64,000 nucleotides of DNA, taken from positions 3,056-67,055 of the forward strand of contig CAZYOA010000002.1 in assembly GCA_964648665.1 (NCBI GenBank). The letters are read 5' to 3'. The notes beneath the pieces were generated by a model. The model worked only from the letters and a program-made list of their open reading frames with translations, was not told the DNA's origin and searched no databases. This document shows positions 55,463 through 64,000 of this stretch, one piece after another (the first letter of the stretch is position 1; every line of letters begins with the position of its first letter). Position numbers and translations under genes: made by a program. This DNA comes from an uncultured Planctomycetales bacterium (GTDB lineage: Bacteria > Omnitrophota > Gorgyraeia > Zapsychrales > Aceulaceae).

Positions 55463-56149
55463 TTAAACAAAAAAATCGTGAAACGTTGAGGAAATTTCGG
55501 AAATGGTGAGTGAGTAGTCTCTGTTACAAAAAAGGATAACGTCTGCCCAGGCTTTTGTGTCTGAGCCATATTTTTCGAACTCATGGATATTGCTTCCGAC
55601 AAAAGTTTCAAGAGTTTTGTCTATTGTGTATCCACGTGATTGAACGTCTCGGTTCATTCTGGCTTGCAATTGTGTATCAAGATCAGAGTCAATAAATATA
55701 TGAAAATCAATAATATCAGAGAAATCTTTGTATGTAGAAACTTCTCCTTCAATGATATTGAAGCGCTTAGGATAATATTTCTCGGTTTTTGTTGCACGCC
55801 CAACGTCTGAACAATAAACCGGCTTATCAATCACAAGATTACTTCTTATCATTGAAAGGTGCTCGTTAATGAGATCCATCTCATTAGCTTGCGGATGTGG
55901 TCCAAAAATTCCAAGATCTTTTCGAAGGTATCGACATGTCTTATAATCGTCGAGGTGTAAAATATTTGTTTCTTCAAGGGCGTTGGCTAATTTTTTGCTA
56001 AAAGTAGATTTGCCAGTTCCTCCTGCTCCACCAATTGCAATTAAGCGTGGAGTGTCGTTGTCTTTGAAATAGCGACTAATGATGCTTGCAAGCTGACATT
56101 CAATTAATGTTGAATCAGCGCGTGTTTGTTGTTTAGAGTCTTGATTCAT
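55463..56149 (-). CDS. uridine kinase / phosphoribulokinase family P-loop kinase
   Basis: 228 aa with Walker A IAIGGAGGTGKST, then LHLDDY...HP.A.E.DL...IIEGE...IFIDSDLDTQLQARMNRD, as in the Udk/PRK family. Confidence 0.7.
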   Translation of the reverse strand: MNQDSKQQTRADSTLIECQLASIISRYFKDNDTPRLIAIGGAGGTGKSTFSKKLANALEETNILHLDDYKTCRYLRKDLGIFGPHPQANEMDLINEHLSMIRSNLVIDKPVYCSDVGRATKTEKYYPKRFNIIEGEVSTYKDFSDIIDFHIFIDSDLDTQLQARMNRDVQSRGYTIDKTLETFVGSNIHEFEKYGSDTKAWADVILFCNRDYSLTISEISSTFHDFFV

Positions 56150-56163
56150 GATTAGAAATAAGA

Positions 56164-56685
56164 TTATCTTGGTTTTTTAAAGAATTTCTTATTTTTACTA
56201 GGAGAGCTTCTGTTGCTGCTTTTTCCCTTATTTGATGGGCGACCATGATAAAACTTTTCTTCGCTAGAACCTTCTTCTTTTCGCGGTACATAGTTTCGTT
56301 CTTTTGGACGACTAGAGCGATCGTAATCGCTAGTTTCTCTTGGGCGGTTAGGGCGATCATATTCGCTAGCTTCTCTTGGGCGGCTATATTCGCTGCGCTC
56401 TCTTGGACGACTTGGGCGATCGTATCCGCTGCTGCGTTCTCTTGGACGACTTGGGCGATCGTATCCGCTGCTGCGTTCTCTTGGACGACTAGATCGATTA
56501 TATCCTTCTCTTGGCCTTGAGAAGCGTTTGTCTTCAAAAGTTTTTGGTTTTGATTTTTGAATCAGAGATTCAATCTTTTCTTCAAGAGAATCTAAACGCT
56601 TTTGCATGTTTTTAAGTAAAGAAATGACTTCCTGACTGTTGTTTGAAGAAATTTCAGTATTTTCTAAATTTGTTTTTTCGCTCAT
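56164..56685 (-). CDS. Arg/Ser/Pro/Glu/Tyr-rich tandem-repeat protein with N-terminal coiled-coil-like segment
   Basis: 173 aa with seven RP(R/K)E-x-S-x-Y(D)R(P/S)(S/N) units at aa 56-134 and a basic tail ...NKKFFKKPR. This is the only frame through the repeat that starts near a plausible start and runs full length. Confidence 0.7.
   Translation of the reverse strand: MSEKTNLENTEISSNNSQEVISLLKNMQKRLDSLEEKIESLIQKSKPKTFEDKRFSRPREGYNRSSRPRERSSGYDRPSRPRERSSGYDRPSRPRERSEYSRPREASEYDRPNRPRETSDYDRSSRPKERNYVPRKEEGSSEEKFYHGRPSNKGKSSNRSSPSKNKKFFKKPR
56284..56520 (-). repeat. coding tandem repeat (39-nt unit, about 6-7 degenerate copies)
   Basis: Two copies are perfect: 56401..56439 equals 56440..56478 (TCTTGGACGACTTGGGCGATCGTATCCGCTGCTGCGTTC). 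Flanking copies are diverged. Confidence 0.9.
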
Positions 56686-56706
56686 TTTATACTCCAGTTT
56701 AAACTT

Positions 56707-56940
56707 CTATTTTGAATTGTAAAATTTTTTTCCTCTATTTTTTATAATAAGACCGTTTAAGAACTTTCTTAATATTTGATGACCGCATTTGATGTAATTT
56801 TTATGATCTTCCTTTCTAAATAACGCTGATAATTGCGATTTTGTTATTTCAAAATCAGCTAGCTTTAAGATATCGATAATGTCAGTATCTTTAAGACTCA
56901 AGGCAACTCTAAGTTTCTTTAATATGTCATTATTTGTCAT
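56707..56940 (-). CDS. DUF1456 (YehS-like) family protein
   Basis: 77 aa with MTNNDILKKLRVALSLKDTDIIDILKLADFEITKSQLSALFRKEDHKNY matching the DUF1456 repeat pattern. Confidence 0.7.
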   Translation of the reverse strand: MTNNDILKKLRVALSLKDTDIIDILKLADFEITKSQLSALFRKEDHKNYIKCGHQILRKFLNGLIIKNRGKKFYNSK

Positions 56941-56964
56941 AAATAAAAATCCGTCTTTAAAATG

Positions 56965-58584
56965 TTAACGAACACCAAGTTCTTGACGACGTTTCTGAAT
57001 GCCTTCATCTTCGAAGTATTCATCCAATGTTGTATGAACGCGATCAATGTAGCCGTTAGGTGTAATTTCAATAATACGGTTAGCTACAGACTGTATAAGC
57101 TTATGATCGTGAGATGAAAAAAGAAGCGTTCCTCTAAATTTTTCAAGACCGCTATTAAGCGCGGTAATGGATTCTAAGTCTAAGTGATTTGTCGGTTCGT
57201 TTAAAATGAGTACGTTTGCTTGCACAAGCATCATGCGCGAAAGCATACATCGAACTTTTTCACCCCCAGATAAAACTTGAACTGATTTGAAAGAATCTTC
57301 TCCAGTAAAAAGCATTCGTCCTAAGAATCCGCGCACAAAGTTTTCATCTGTATTGTCAGAATATTGACGCAACCAATCGATAATATTGTAATCAACATCA
57401 AAGTATTTTGCATTATCTTTTGGATAATATGCACGCGAAGTAGAGGCGCCCCATTTAAAGCTGCCGGTATCTGTTTTAATTTCATTCATTAAAACTTGAA
57501 ACAAGGTTGTTTTGGCGAGATCGTTAGGGCCAATAAAAGCAATTTTATCCCCTTTTTCAACGGATATGTTTAAGTTTTCAAATGCAAGTTGGTTATTAAC
57601 AGATTTTGATAGCCCCTCGATATGCAAAACATCATTCCCCGCTTCTCTCTCTTGTTCAAAACCAACATAGGGATATTTTCTCGTGGAAGGCTTAACATCT
57701 TCTACAGTAAGTTTTTCTAAAATTTTCTTACGGCTAGTTGCCTGTCTTGACTTAGATGCGTTGGCGCTAAATCGAGCAATAAAATCCTGAAGCTCTTTTC
57801 TTTTATCGGAAATCTTTTTGTTTGTTTCGCTACGTTGTTTTGATACAAGTTGACTTGATTCTTGCCAAAAGGTGTAATTGCCAGGATAAAGCTGAATTTT
57901 TTCAAAATCAATATCAGCAACATGTGTACAAACTTTATCTAAAAAATGGCGATCATGAGAAACAATAATAGCTGTATTTTCAAAGTTGCATAAGAATTCC
58001 TCTAGCCACATATTAGTTTCAAGATCTAAATGATTAGTTGGCTCATCTAAAAGTAAAATATCTGGATTTCCAAACAATGCTTGCGCTAAAAGAACTCTAA
58101 TCTTGATACCTGCTTCTAGTTGTTTCATTGGTTTTTCATGTAGTTCTTCCGGGATGTCTAGTTCGCTCAATATTTTTCCTGCGTCAGATTCAACATTCCA
58201 TCCATCTAAGTCAGCAAATTCTCCTTCAAGCTCGGCTGCCCTCTCTCCATCTTTATCCGAAAAGTCTGGCTTGCTATAAAGAGTATCTTTTTCAGTCATA
58301 ATATCATAAAGCTTTTTGTGTCCCATGATAACTGTTGTGAGTGCAGTATATTCATCAAAAGCAAACTGATCTTGTTTTAGGATAGAAATTCTTTCTCCAG
58401 GTGTGACGTTGACGTCTCCTGTTGTGGTATCAATTTCCCCAGAAAGAATTTTTAGAAACGTAGATTTACCTGAGCCATTGGCTCCAATAAGGCCGTAGCA
58501 ATTGCCAGAATTAAAGACAATATTGACCTTAGAAAAAAGTTTTTGCTGCCCGTATTGTAAAGATACGTCATTACATGAAATCAC
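56965..58584 (-). CDS. ABC-F family ATPase (YbiT/EttA-like, no membrane domain)
   Basis: 539 aa with two NBDs. The first has Walker A GANGSGKST, and the second has signature LSGGEKVR. Both have Walker B LLDEPTNHLD / ILNEPTNHLD. The second Walker A is atypical (GPNDLAKTT). GTG start. Confidence 0.88.
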   Translation of the reverse strand: MISCNDVSLQYGQQKLFSKVNIVFNSGNCYGLIGANGSGKSTFLKILSGEIDTTTGDVNVTPGERISILKQDQFAFDEYTALTTVIMGHKKLYDIMTEKDTLYSKPDFSDKDGERAAELEGEFADLDGWNVESDAGKILSELDIPEELHEKPMKQLEAGIKIRVLLAQALFGNPDILLLDEPTNHLDLETNMWLEEFLCNFENTAIIVSHDRHFLDKVCTHVADIDFEKIQLYPGNYTFWQESSQLVSKQRSETNKKISDKRKELQDFIARFSANASKSRQATSRKKILEKLTVEDVKPSTRKYPYVGFEQEREAGNDVLHIEGLSKSVNNQLAFENLNISVEKGDKIAFIGPNDLAKTTLFQVLMNEIKTDTGSFKWGASTSRAYYPKDNAKYFDVDYNIIDWLRQYSDNTDENFVRGFLGRMLFTGEDSFKSVQVLSGGEKVRCMLSRMMLVQANVLILNEPTNHLDLESITALNSGLEKFRGTLLFSSHDHKLIQSVANRIIEITPNGYIDRVHTTLDEYFEDEGIQKRRQELGVR

Positions 58585-58639
58585 TATAAGCCGCCATATT
58601 AATTATATTGTTAATACTGATGAGTTTCTTAGGAAAGTC

Positions 58640-58668
58640 AGCATACACAATCTAGAGTCATTTGTAAA
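58640..58668 (-). promoter_or_regulatory. candidate promoter of the ABC-F gene
   Basis: In gene orientation it reads TTTACA (58663..58668), a 17-nt spacer, then TATGCT (58640..58645). Confidence 0.4.
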
Positions 58669-58695
58669 GGATTAAAAGCTTGATCGAAATATGAC

Positions 58696-58729
58696 AAAAA
58701 GAGCCAATGATTGCATCATTGGCTCTTTT
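58696..58729 (-). terminator. intrinsic terminator closing the antiporter/membrane-protein/small-ORF string
   Basis: A perfect 12-bp stem AGAGCCAATGAT (58700..58711) / ATCATTGGCTCT (58715..58726) with a 3-nt loop, followed by TTTTT in gene orientation. An A-run on the other side makes it potentially bidirectional. Confidence 0.8.
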
Positions 58730-58807
58730 AGAAAGATCTTAAGCTGTTTACATAGCTTTTTTATTGCACGCATTTTGTAACTTTTAGAATAAGTTTTTAT
58801 AGGTATA

Positions 58808-58876
58808 TTATTTTGCAGTTTTTTTTGGTTTTTTATTCTTTTTCTTGTCTTTCTTACCTTTACTTTTCTCTCCCAT
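58808..58876 (-). CDS. 22-aa lysine-rich small protein (candidate)
   Basis: ATG preceded by AAAGGAGAA (7-nt spacing). It encodes MGEKSKGKKDKKKNKKPKKTAK and is followed ~80 nt later by the strong terminator. Not in the ORF track because it is too short. Confidence 0.35.
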   Translation of the reverse strand: MGEKSKGKKDKKKNKKPKKTAK

Positions 58877-58900
58877 TTTTATTCTCCTTTCGATAGCTTT

Positions 58901-59050
58901 TTAGCTGTTTTCTTGAACTTGATCAGAAGTAGGACTGGAATTTGCCTCTATTGCTTTCTTTTCTAGTTTCTTTTTCTTTTTTTCATCTGCCTTCTTTTTT
59001 TTAGCTAATTCTTTTTGATACTTTTGATATGAATAATTATCTTTAGCCAA
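58901..59050 (-). CDS. 49-aa lysine-rich small protein (candidate)
   Basis: TTG start 6 nt after AAGGAG. It encodes (M)AKDNYSYQKYQKELAKKKKADEKKKKKLEKKAIEANSSPTSDQVQENS and begins 22 nt after the stop of the upstream membrane-protein gene. Confidence 0.4.
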   Translation of the reverse strand: MAKDNYSYQKYQKELAKKKKADEKKKKKLEKKAIEANSSPTSDQVQENS

Positions 59051-59072
59051 AACACTCTCCTTTCATTTTCGC

Positions 59073-59738
59073 TTACGGTTTTTTATTGTCTTCTTTTGAA
59101 GTATTTAAATTTAATCTTTTTATAATAATATTATAAAGAATCACTGCCAAGAGACATGAGCCTATGAAAATAATCTTTTCGATATCTTTTTCTAACGAGA
59201 AAGCGTTAAGGTTCATTATAAGTATACCAAAAAGAGGGAAAATGATTACTGCGATTGTCTGTTTTGATAAAGGCGGAAAGTTTTCTTCAGGAAAGGTAAT
59301 TTTAGTTAACCATTTTCCAAGCTTCCTATAGAGGAACACCCCGGCAATTATAAAAAAACCAAATATTGCTTCAAGAGTTAAGTTTTCTAGATTGTTTATT
59401 GTAGGGTCAGGTAGACGGCTCGGATCTCCCAACAAGAGAAGATAGACCATACATAAAGCATTCAATAAAAGAAAAATCATTATTCCGCAGAGGCGTCTAA
59501 CAGATTGAGAAGAAAATGATTTCCATGACCGATATGTGGTAACCACGCAGAAGATTCCAAATATAGGTATAAGCAACGTAAACAAAGATAGGCCTAAGAT
59601 AGATAAGTAGCCATCGCCGCTTATAATTTGCTCAATGATCATTTCGCCGTATAACCAAATGAGGTAAGCGCCAATTACTCCAACAATTATGCTTAAAGTT
59701 TTAAGATATTTCTGAGCAATTTCTTTTGTTATTTTCAT
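59073..59738 (-). CDS. hypothetical polytopic membrane protein
   Basis: 221 aa with about six hydrophobic helices and no motif I recognise. Confidence 0.6.
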   Translation of the reverse strand: MKITKEIAQKYLKTLSIIVGVIGAYLIWLYGEMIIEQIISGDGYLSILGLSLFTLLIPIFGIFCVVTTYRSWKSFSSQSVRRLCGIMIFLLLNALCMVYLLLLGDPSRLPDPTINNLENLTLEAIFGFFIIAGVFLYRKLGKWLTKITFPEENFPPLSKQTIAVIIFPLFGILIMNLNAFSLEKDIEKIIFIGSCLLAVILYNIIIKRLNLNTSKEDNKKP

Positions 59739-59779
59739 TAACCGCTTTTTCTTTTTTAATTATTCAGCCTTCTTCGAGC

Positions 59780-60769
59780 TTATTTTAATATCTGTGAAAT
59801 CTGATACAAAACGCCTTCTGCAACCTTGCTGTCGGGGGTTAGCATTTTTCTGGCTCTTACTCGGATTTCTATTTCTCGTTCTGATTTCTGTAAAATAATT
59901 ACGCGAACATCTGATGCATGAACTTTTGCATGAATAGTTTTAGTTGTTAAAGTAGTTTTTCTGATGCTTCCAATCTCTCCAAGAAGCTTAAGAATTTTAT
60001 CAAAGGCCTTGTTAGGTGAATATTTAAATACGCCGGTTGCTGTATCCTTGCCGATAAGAACGCCTGCGACGCCGGCAGGCAGGAAAGCAACCCCTAGCGC
60101 GGTTGAAGCGCCATAAAGAGCGGCACTTTTAAGCCCTATAGGGCTAACGCCTTCAAGTATAATCATAGTCACAAGCCTCGGAATGCTCGTAATGTTTCGG
60201 TAAACCTTATTTTTTATTCCGATGCTGTATCCATGAACAGTCGGAATCTTTCTTTTTGAATAATCTTTTACAAAAACTTTTCCAAGATTCAAATGCGCTT
60301 CGTTAATTAAAAGGGGCATTCTTTTTTCTGGTTTTAAGTTTTCATTCTTCTTGTGCTTTTTGTTTTCAGCACCCTCTCGGATAACTTTAAGTGAGTCAAC
60401 ATTAAGAAGCCCTTCTTGATTTTTAACAATAAGTATTTCTTTTAAATCTAAAATAACAACTGGAAAATGAAGTTTTCCTTTTAGGATTGAAGGTAAATCG
60501 TATTGAACCCCAATTTTATTGATATCGATTAAAATTCCTTCTGGGAAATCTTCGGGGTTGTAAACCTTGAGGCCAGAAATTTCTGCAGTAGTTTCGAGTA
60601 TTCCGATGTCGATCTTATCGATATGAACTTTTGTTCCTAGAATATTTGATAAGCTTATTGTTGCAATAATTCGAATGACTTGAGTTTTGATTGGTCCAAG
60701 AAAAAGAATGAGAACTAAAATAATAATGACAGTTTTTTGCCATCTTTTTTTAAATAGAAGAAATCTCAT
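59780..60769 (-). CDS. hypothetical membrane-anchored protein (possibly AsmA/DUF748-like N-terminus)
   Basis: 329 aa with an N-terminal anchor WQKTVIIILVLILFLGPI and a beta-rich region. The start overlaps the antiporter stop by 4 nt. The family assignment is a weak impression only. Confidence 0.55.
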   Translation of the reverse strand: MRFLLFKKRWQKTVIIILVLILFLGPIKTQVIRIIATISLSNILGTKVHIDKIDIGILETTAEISGLKVYNPEDFPEGILIDINKIGVQYDLPSILKGKLHFPVVILDLKEILIVKNQEGLLNVDSLKVIREGAENKKHKKNENLKPEKRMPLLINEAHLNLGKVFVKDYSKRKIPTVHGYSIGIKNKVYRNITSIPRLVTMIILEGVSPIGLKSAALYGASTALGVAFLPAGVAGVLIGKDTATGVFKYSPNKAFDKILKLLGEIGSIRKTTLTTKTIHAKVHASDVRVIILQKSEREIEIRVRARKMLTPDSKVAEGVLYQISQILK

Positions 60770-61986
60770 TTAGGAATCTCTCCTGCTTTTTGAAGTGCTA
60801 TTTTTGCACAAATTGGACCAACGAGCTCGTGAATAACAGTTGCGCCAATGATAACGCTAATAATGGTGTCCGAGATGTGATGAAATGCTGGATTTTGCTC
60901 GACAACAAGTGCAAGGCCAATAACGATACCCCCTTGAGGAATAAGTCCACCTGCAGTGTATTTTCGGATGTTTTTCGATGATTTTGCAATGGTTGCACCA
61001 ATAAATGTTCCGAGAAATTTCCCAGAAGCCCTAAGTACAACAAATAGCAAAACAATTGTAGCCGATGAAAATAAAACTGAGAAATTCAGATGCATGCCGC
61101 TTAATGTAAAGAATAAAATAAAAACAAGTTCATCAACGTATCTCTCCATAAGTTTAAAAATTTTATCTTGTTTCTTGTTAAAATTAACAACAATTGCGCC
61201 TAAAGTCATAATCGCTAAAAGAGCATCTGCTTCAATTGCGCGACATAAACCAAAACAAATGGTTAAAAGACCAAAAACAACAACGATGTGAACTCCTTCG
61301 CTTTCCTTAGCGATTAAGTTCGTAACACCATTAAAAATAACACCAAATACTGCACCAAGAGCAACGGAGCCTAAAATAATTGCAACAGGCTGAAGAACAA
61401 TATTGCCAAAGCTAAATGTTGTGGATGTTGCAAACGCTGCTGCAACAACAACCGCAACGCTGTAATTAATGATCCCTAAGACATCATCAAAAGCAGCAGC
61501 TCCAAGCATAGTCGAAGAAACTTCGCCAACGGGCTTGTATTCTTGCTTGATGGCAAGTGTTGCTGATGGATCTGTAGGCGATCCAAGCGATCCCAGCAAA
61601 AGACCCATTGGGATAATTACGGAAAACCAACTTGTAGAAGCTTCGCCTATAATCATGGGTCCTAAGAAAATAAATCCTAAAGCGATAGCGATAAAAGCAA
61701 ATTCGGCCTCAAAAAGTGTTATGAGGAGCAATCCTTTGCCGAGCTTTTTTATATTTGAATATAAAAGTGAACCGCCAATGGAAAAAGTAATAAATGCTAA
61801 TGCAATGTTTGTTATAGGATTCGTTGCCTCTGGAAAGCTTTTTGGAATAAACGGCACGATGCTAGGATTAAGCAGAACGCCAGCAATAATATACCCTGTG
61901 ATTTTTGGGAGTTTAATTTTTTGAGCAATTTCTCCCAGAATAAATCCGCTAGAAACAATAATGCCAACAATCAAAATAGAATTCAT
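60766..61986 (-). CDS. cation:proton antiporter (Na+/H+ exchanger family)
   Basis: 406 aa with ~11-12 TM helices and an N-terminal LGEIAQKIKLPKITGYIIAGVLLNPS pattern typical of CPA-type exchangers. Confidence 0.8.
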   Translation of the reverse strand: MNSILIVGIIVSSGFILGEIAQKIKLPKITGYIIAGVLLNPSIVPFIPKSFPEATNPITNIALAFITFSIGGSLLYSNIKKLGKGLLLITLFEAEFAFIAIALGFIFLGPMIIGEASTSWFSVIIPMGLLLGSLGSPTDPSATLAIKQEYKPVGEVSSTMLGAAAFDDVLGIINYSVAVVVAAAFATSTTFSFGNIVLQPVAIILGSVALGAVFGVIFNGVTNLIAKESEGVHIVVVFGLLTICFGLCRAIEADALLAIMTLGAIVVNFNKKQDKIFKLMERYVDELVFILFFTLSGMHLNFSVLFSSATIVLLFVVLRASGKFLGTFIGATIAKSSKNIRKYTAGGLIPQGGIVIGLALVVEQNPAFHHISDTIISVIIGATVIHELVGPICAKIALQKAGEIPK

Positions 61987-62000
61987 AATTAGCTGACCTT

Positions 62001-62489
62001 TTAGTAAAGACGTTTATTTTTATTTTTATTAAAAAGTTCAAAAACTTGAATATTTTCTTTGCGCATAAAGTTTTTAATAATTTTAACGGGACTCTTTCCT
62101 TTTTTCTTCAGTGTTGTATTTGAAATACAAAGTTCATTGAATCCGTATTTTTTAGCATCTGATATTTTTGCTCCGTAAACAATTTTTTTAATTTTAGCCC
62201 AATGACAAGCGCTAAAACACATCGGACATGGTTCACATGTTGAATAAATTGTGCAGTCGGACAAATCAATTGTTTTTAGTTTCTTGCATGCTAAGCGAAT
62301 AGCAGCAATCTCAGCATGTGCAGTAATATCAGTTGTTTTCCAGACGACATTGTGAGCGCAAGCAACAACCTTATCGTTTTTAATGATGCAAGCCCCGAAT
62401 GGCGTTTGTCCGCTTTTGATACCTTTTTTTGCAAATGAAATTGCTTTCTGCATAAATTCTTTATCTAATTTTAAGTTTATTTTTTTCAT
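62001..62489 (-). CDS. nucleoside/guanine deaminase (CMP/dCMP-type zinc deaminase fold)
   Basis: 162 aa with HAE (TAHAEIAAI) and PCPMC zinc motifs. Confidence 0.8.
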   Translation of the reverse strand: MKKINLKLDKEFMQKAISFAKKGIKSGQTPFGACIIKNDKVVACAHNVVWKTTDITAHAEIAAIRLACKKLKTIDLSDCTIYSTCEPCPMCFSACHWAKIKKIVYGAKISDAKKYGFNELCISNTTLKKKGKSPVKIIKNFMRKENIQVFELFNKNKNKRLY

Positions 62490-62493
62490 TTTT

Positions 62494-64000
62494 TTAAGGT
62501 GTTTTTAGTTTTTGTGTAATGTCGTAAAAGTCATAAATATGATTTTCATCTTTAAAAATAAAATTAGTTTCTGGAAGCAATGGTATGGGAACATTGAAAT
62601 AATTACGCAAAATAATTCGAAAAGTATTAATAGGAGTCATGTCTTGATGAAGAACCCCTTTTTCTTTTAAATTAGGCAGATAAAGAGCATTTAAAATTCC
62701 CATTTTCTTCCTTAATTGGGCTTTTGTAGCTTTTGTCCAATCAAACTTCTTAGGTGAACGTGCATATTCGATAGGAAATTCTCCTTCGTCACTTTGAATA
62801 ATGATAATTGGCTGTAATTTAGATTTTTTTTGAAGTTGTTCAACTAATTTTAGAATTTTCTTATTTAAGTAAGCAACTTGGCGTACGTAGCCTTCCTTAG
62901 AGAATTCTTCTTCAACAGAATCATTTTTTGGTGCAGCGTAGCTTCCGTCGATATTAAAAACATGCGGTGGATGAGGACACAACATATGCATAAAAGTAAA
63001 AGTTGGCTCTTCTCGCTCTGGAATTTCTGCTAATCGATCAAAGACCCAAGGAACCCGAAGCCAATTGGCGTATGCCTTTGAAGGTTTATTAAAAAGAGAA
63101 ATACCTTTTTGTTTTAATATAATTGAAATAGGCATCAAAAAAGATTTTTTAAATAGAATTTCTTTAAACATCGGCTGATAAAGATAAGTGAAGCTAAAAT
63201 CAGCATTAGAATTTTTAGCTGTGGGAGGCCAGTAAGATCCAAATTGAATAATTTGATAACCTTGAGATTTTAAGAATTTAAAAATTTCTGGATTCTTAAG
63301 AAGAAGCATATACATAGGGCGCCAGTCTGGTGAATTGGGCCCCATAATCTTTGTTAGCCAACTAAGATAACGCATATTTAAAGATGAAGATAAAGAATTT
63401 GCTGTTTTAGGGTAGTTGGATGTACTTCGCTCTGCTGTATGAAACCCTAGTTTTCTTAAGTTTTCAAGAAAATCTGAATTGTCGAAATCGTAAAATTCTT
63501 TTAGATTTTCTGTATTTCCATAGCGGTCAAAAATAAGATAATAAATGTCCCTTTGGCCGTTAGAATTTTCTACAGTAGAAAACTTTGGTAGATTAGTTTT
63601 TTGAAGATCTAGAGAATTTGGCTGGCCTTTTTTGAATATAATTTGATTCCCTAGGGTTAATAGCGGAAAAATGATTAAAATAAGCCCAATCGCGTTTAAG
63701 ATTTGAGTAGATTTAGGGTAATTTGATTTTCTGCTTCTTATTAAAAACCATGTTAATAATCCATATAATAAAATCCAAAATACAAATAAAATCCAATATG
63801 TTGGAGAAATAATTTTAGAATCCATTGTTGGAGGATTTTTAATTAGAATAGATGCAAAATGTCCAAATGAAAAGAATAGGAAGATGCTGAGAGAAGCAAG
63901 AATTCCTGGTTTTTGATAACTTTTAAAAAGATATCTTGAAAGAAATAGAAAAATTCCAATCAGCGCAAATAAAACAAAAATTGGAAAAAGAATGTTTGAG
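62494..64000 (-). CDS. membrane-anchored alkaline-phosphatase-superfamily (sulfatase/LTA-synthase-like) protein; 5' end beyond window
   Basis: The track ORF starts at Met 63825, but the frame stays open to the window edge and encodes further TM helices (...ILFPIFVLFALIGIFLFLSRY...GILASLSIFLFFSFGHF...). The catalytic-domain hints are YYLIFDRYG, PKTANSLSSSLN, CPHPPH and QSDEGE. Confidence 0.7.
   Translation of the reverse strand, partial: SNILFPIFVLFALIGIFLFLSRYLFKSYQKPGILASLSIFLFFSFGHFASILIKNPPTMDSKIISPTYWILFVFWILLYGLLTWFLIRSRKSNYPKSTQILNAIGLILIIFPLLTLGNQIIFKKGQPNSLDLQKTNLPKFSTVENSNGQRDIYYLIFDRYGNTENLKEFYDFDNSDFLENLRKLGFHTAERSTSNYPKTANSLSSSLNMRYLSWLTKIMGPNSPDWRPMYMLLLKNPEIFKFLKSQGYQIIQFGSYWPPTAKNSNADFSFTYLYQPMFKEILFKKSFLMPISIILKQKGISLFNKPSKAYANWLRVPWVFDRLAEIPEREEPTFTFMHMLCPHPPHVFNIDGSYAAPKNDSVEEEFSKEGYVRQVAYLNKKILKLVEQLQKKSKLQPIIIIQSDEGEFPIEYARSPKKFDWTKATKAQLRKKMGILNALYLPNLKEKGVLHQDMTPINTFRIILRNYFNVPIPLLPETNFIFKDENHIYDFYDITQKLKTP

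Noticed and set aside
56133-56537. Alternative ORFs through the 39-nt tandem repeat: 56133..56537 on the minus strand and 56245..56520 on the plus strand.
   Set aside because: They are repeat-induced open frames. Only the 56164..56685 frame extends across non-repeat flanks with a sensible start, while the others begin or end inside the repeat or overlap the kinase gene.
402-61924. Many 60-160-aa track ORFs lying antisense to, or out of frame within, larger genes. Examples are 402..788, 412..714, 4546..4866, 9618..9908, 22601..22951, 23184..23675, 32636..32974, 36675..36977, 60956..61291 and 61469..61924.
   Set aside because: Each is fully nested in a strongly supported gene. They have low-complexity or hydrophobic 'shadow' composition, no RBS and no recognisable motif, which is typical of frame shadows in AT-rich DNA.
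1-64000. CRISPR arrays, rRNA/tRNA genes, insertion sequences, and toxin-antitoxin or classical defence gene pairs.
   Set aside because: The intergenic spaces are short and AT-rich with no cloverleaf-like GC-rich segments. The only tandem repeats are the coding repeat at 56.3-56.5 kb and the TA tracts. No nuclease/methylase-like or small paired ORFs were recognised. This was a by-eye scan only.

Overview
AT-rich bacterial chromosomal segment with about 60 tightly packed genes. All are on the minus strand except one five-gene block at 39.2-44.3 kb. Most of the window is ordinary core metabolism in long, translationally coupled strings. These include a 12-gene arginine+lysine string (argCJBDFGH-lysA-dapF-dapA-dapB-dapL, the DapL aminotransferase variant of lysine synthesis), rplM-rpsI, and rlpA-like/fabG-acpP-fabF-leuB-asd-truA. 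They also include folE-folB, ispG/ispH (MEP pathway), murB, moaA/mog, metXW and miaB. The remainder comprises a glycerol kinase plus three-component G3P-dehydrogenase-like cluster, an ABC-F ATPase and a cation:proton antiporter operon. I saw no rRNA, tRNA, CRISPR array, transposase or integrase. The stand-out content is a family of three paralogous giant genes at 12.8-18.0 kb, 25.7-32.4 kb and 32.5-39.0 kb, about 18 kb in total and more than a quarter of the window. Each opens with a signal peptide and a conserved ~300-aa N-terminal 'head'. Each ends, or in one case would end, with a conserved ~57-aa 'GGIDFN...GFxPxIIxIxP' tail. The middles carry different enzyme modules. One has an M48-like HExxH peptidase plus a UbiB/ABC1-type kinase. 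Another has an HExxH zincin, a JAB-like motif set, a His/Cys caspase-like motif pair and a HAD-like domain. The third has Sel1-like repeats plus a caspase-like domain. All three have a conserved palindromic box AGAAAGCGTT(T/A)TCT about 100 nt upstream of the start codon, followed by a TA-rich tract. The third member is split into two ORFs exactly at a dnaX-type A_AAA_AAG -1 slippery heptamer inside an A-run. Neither the head nor the tail matches a family I can name, and all domain calls are motif reading by eye, not searches. Lineage cannot be assigned from the sequence alone.
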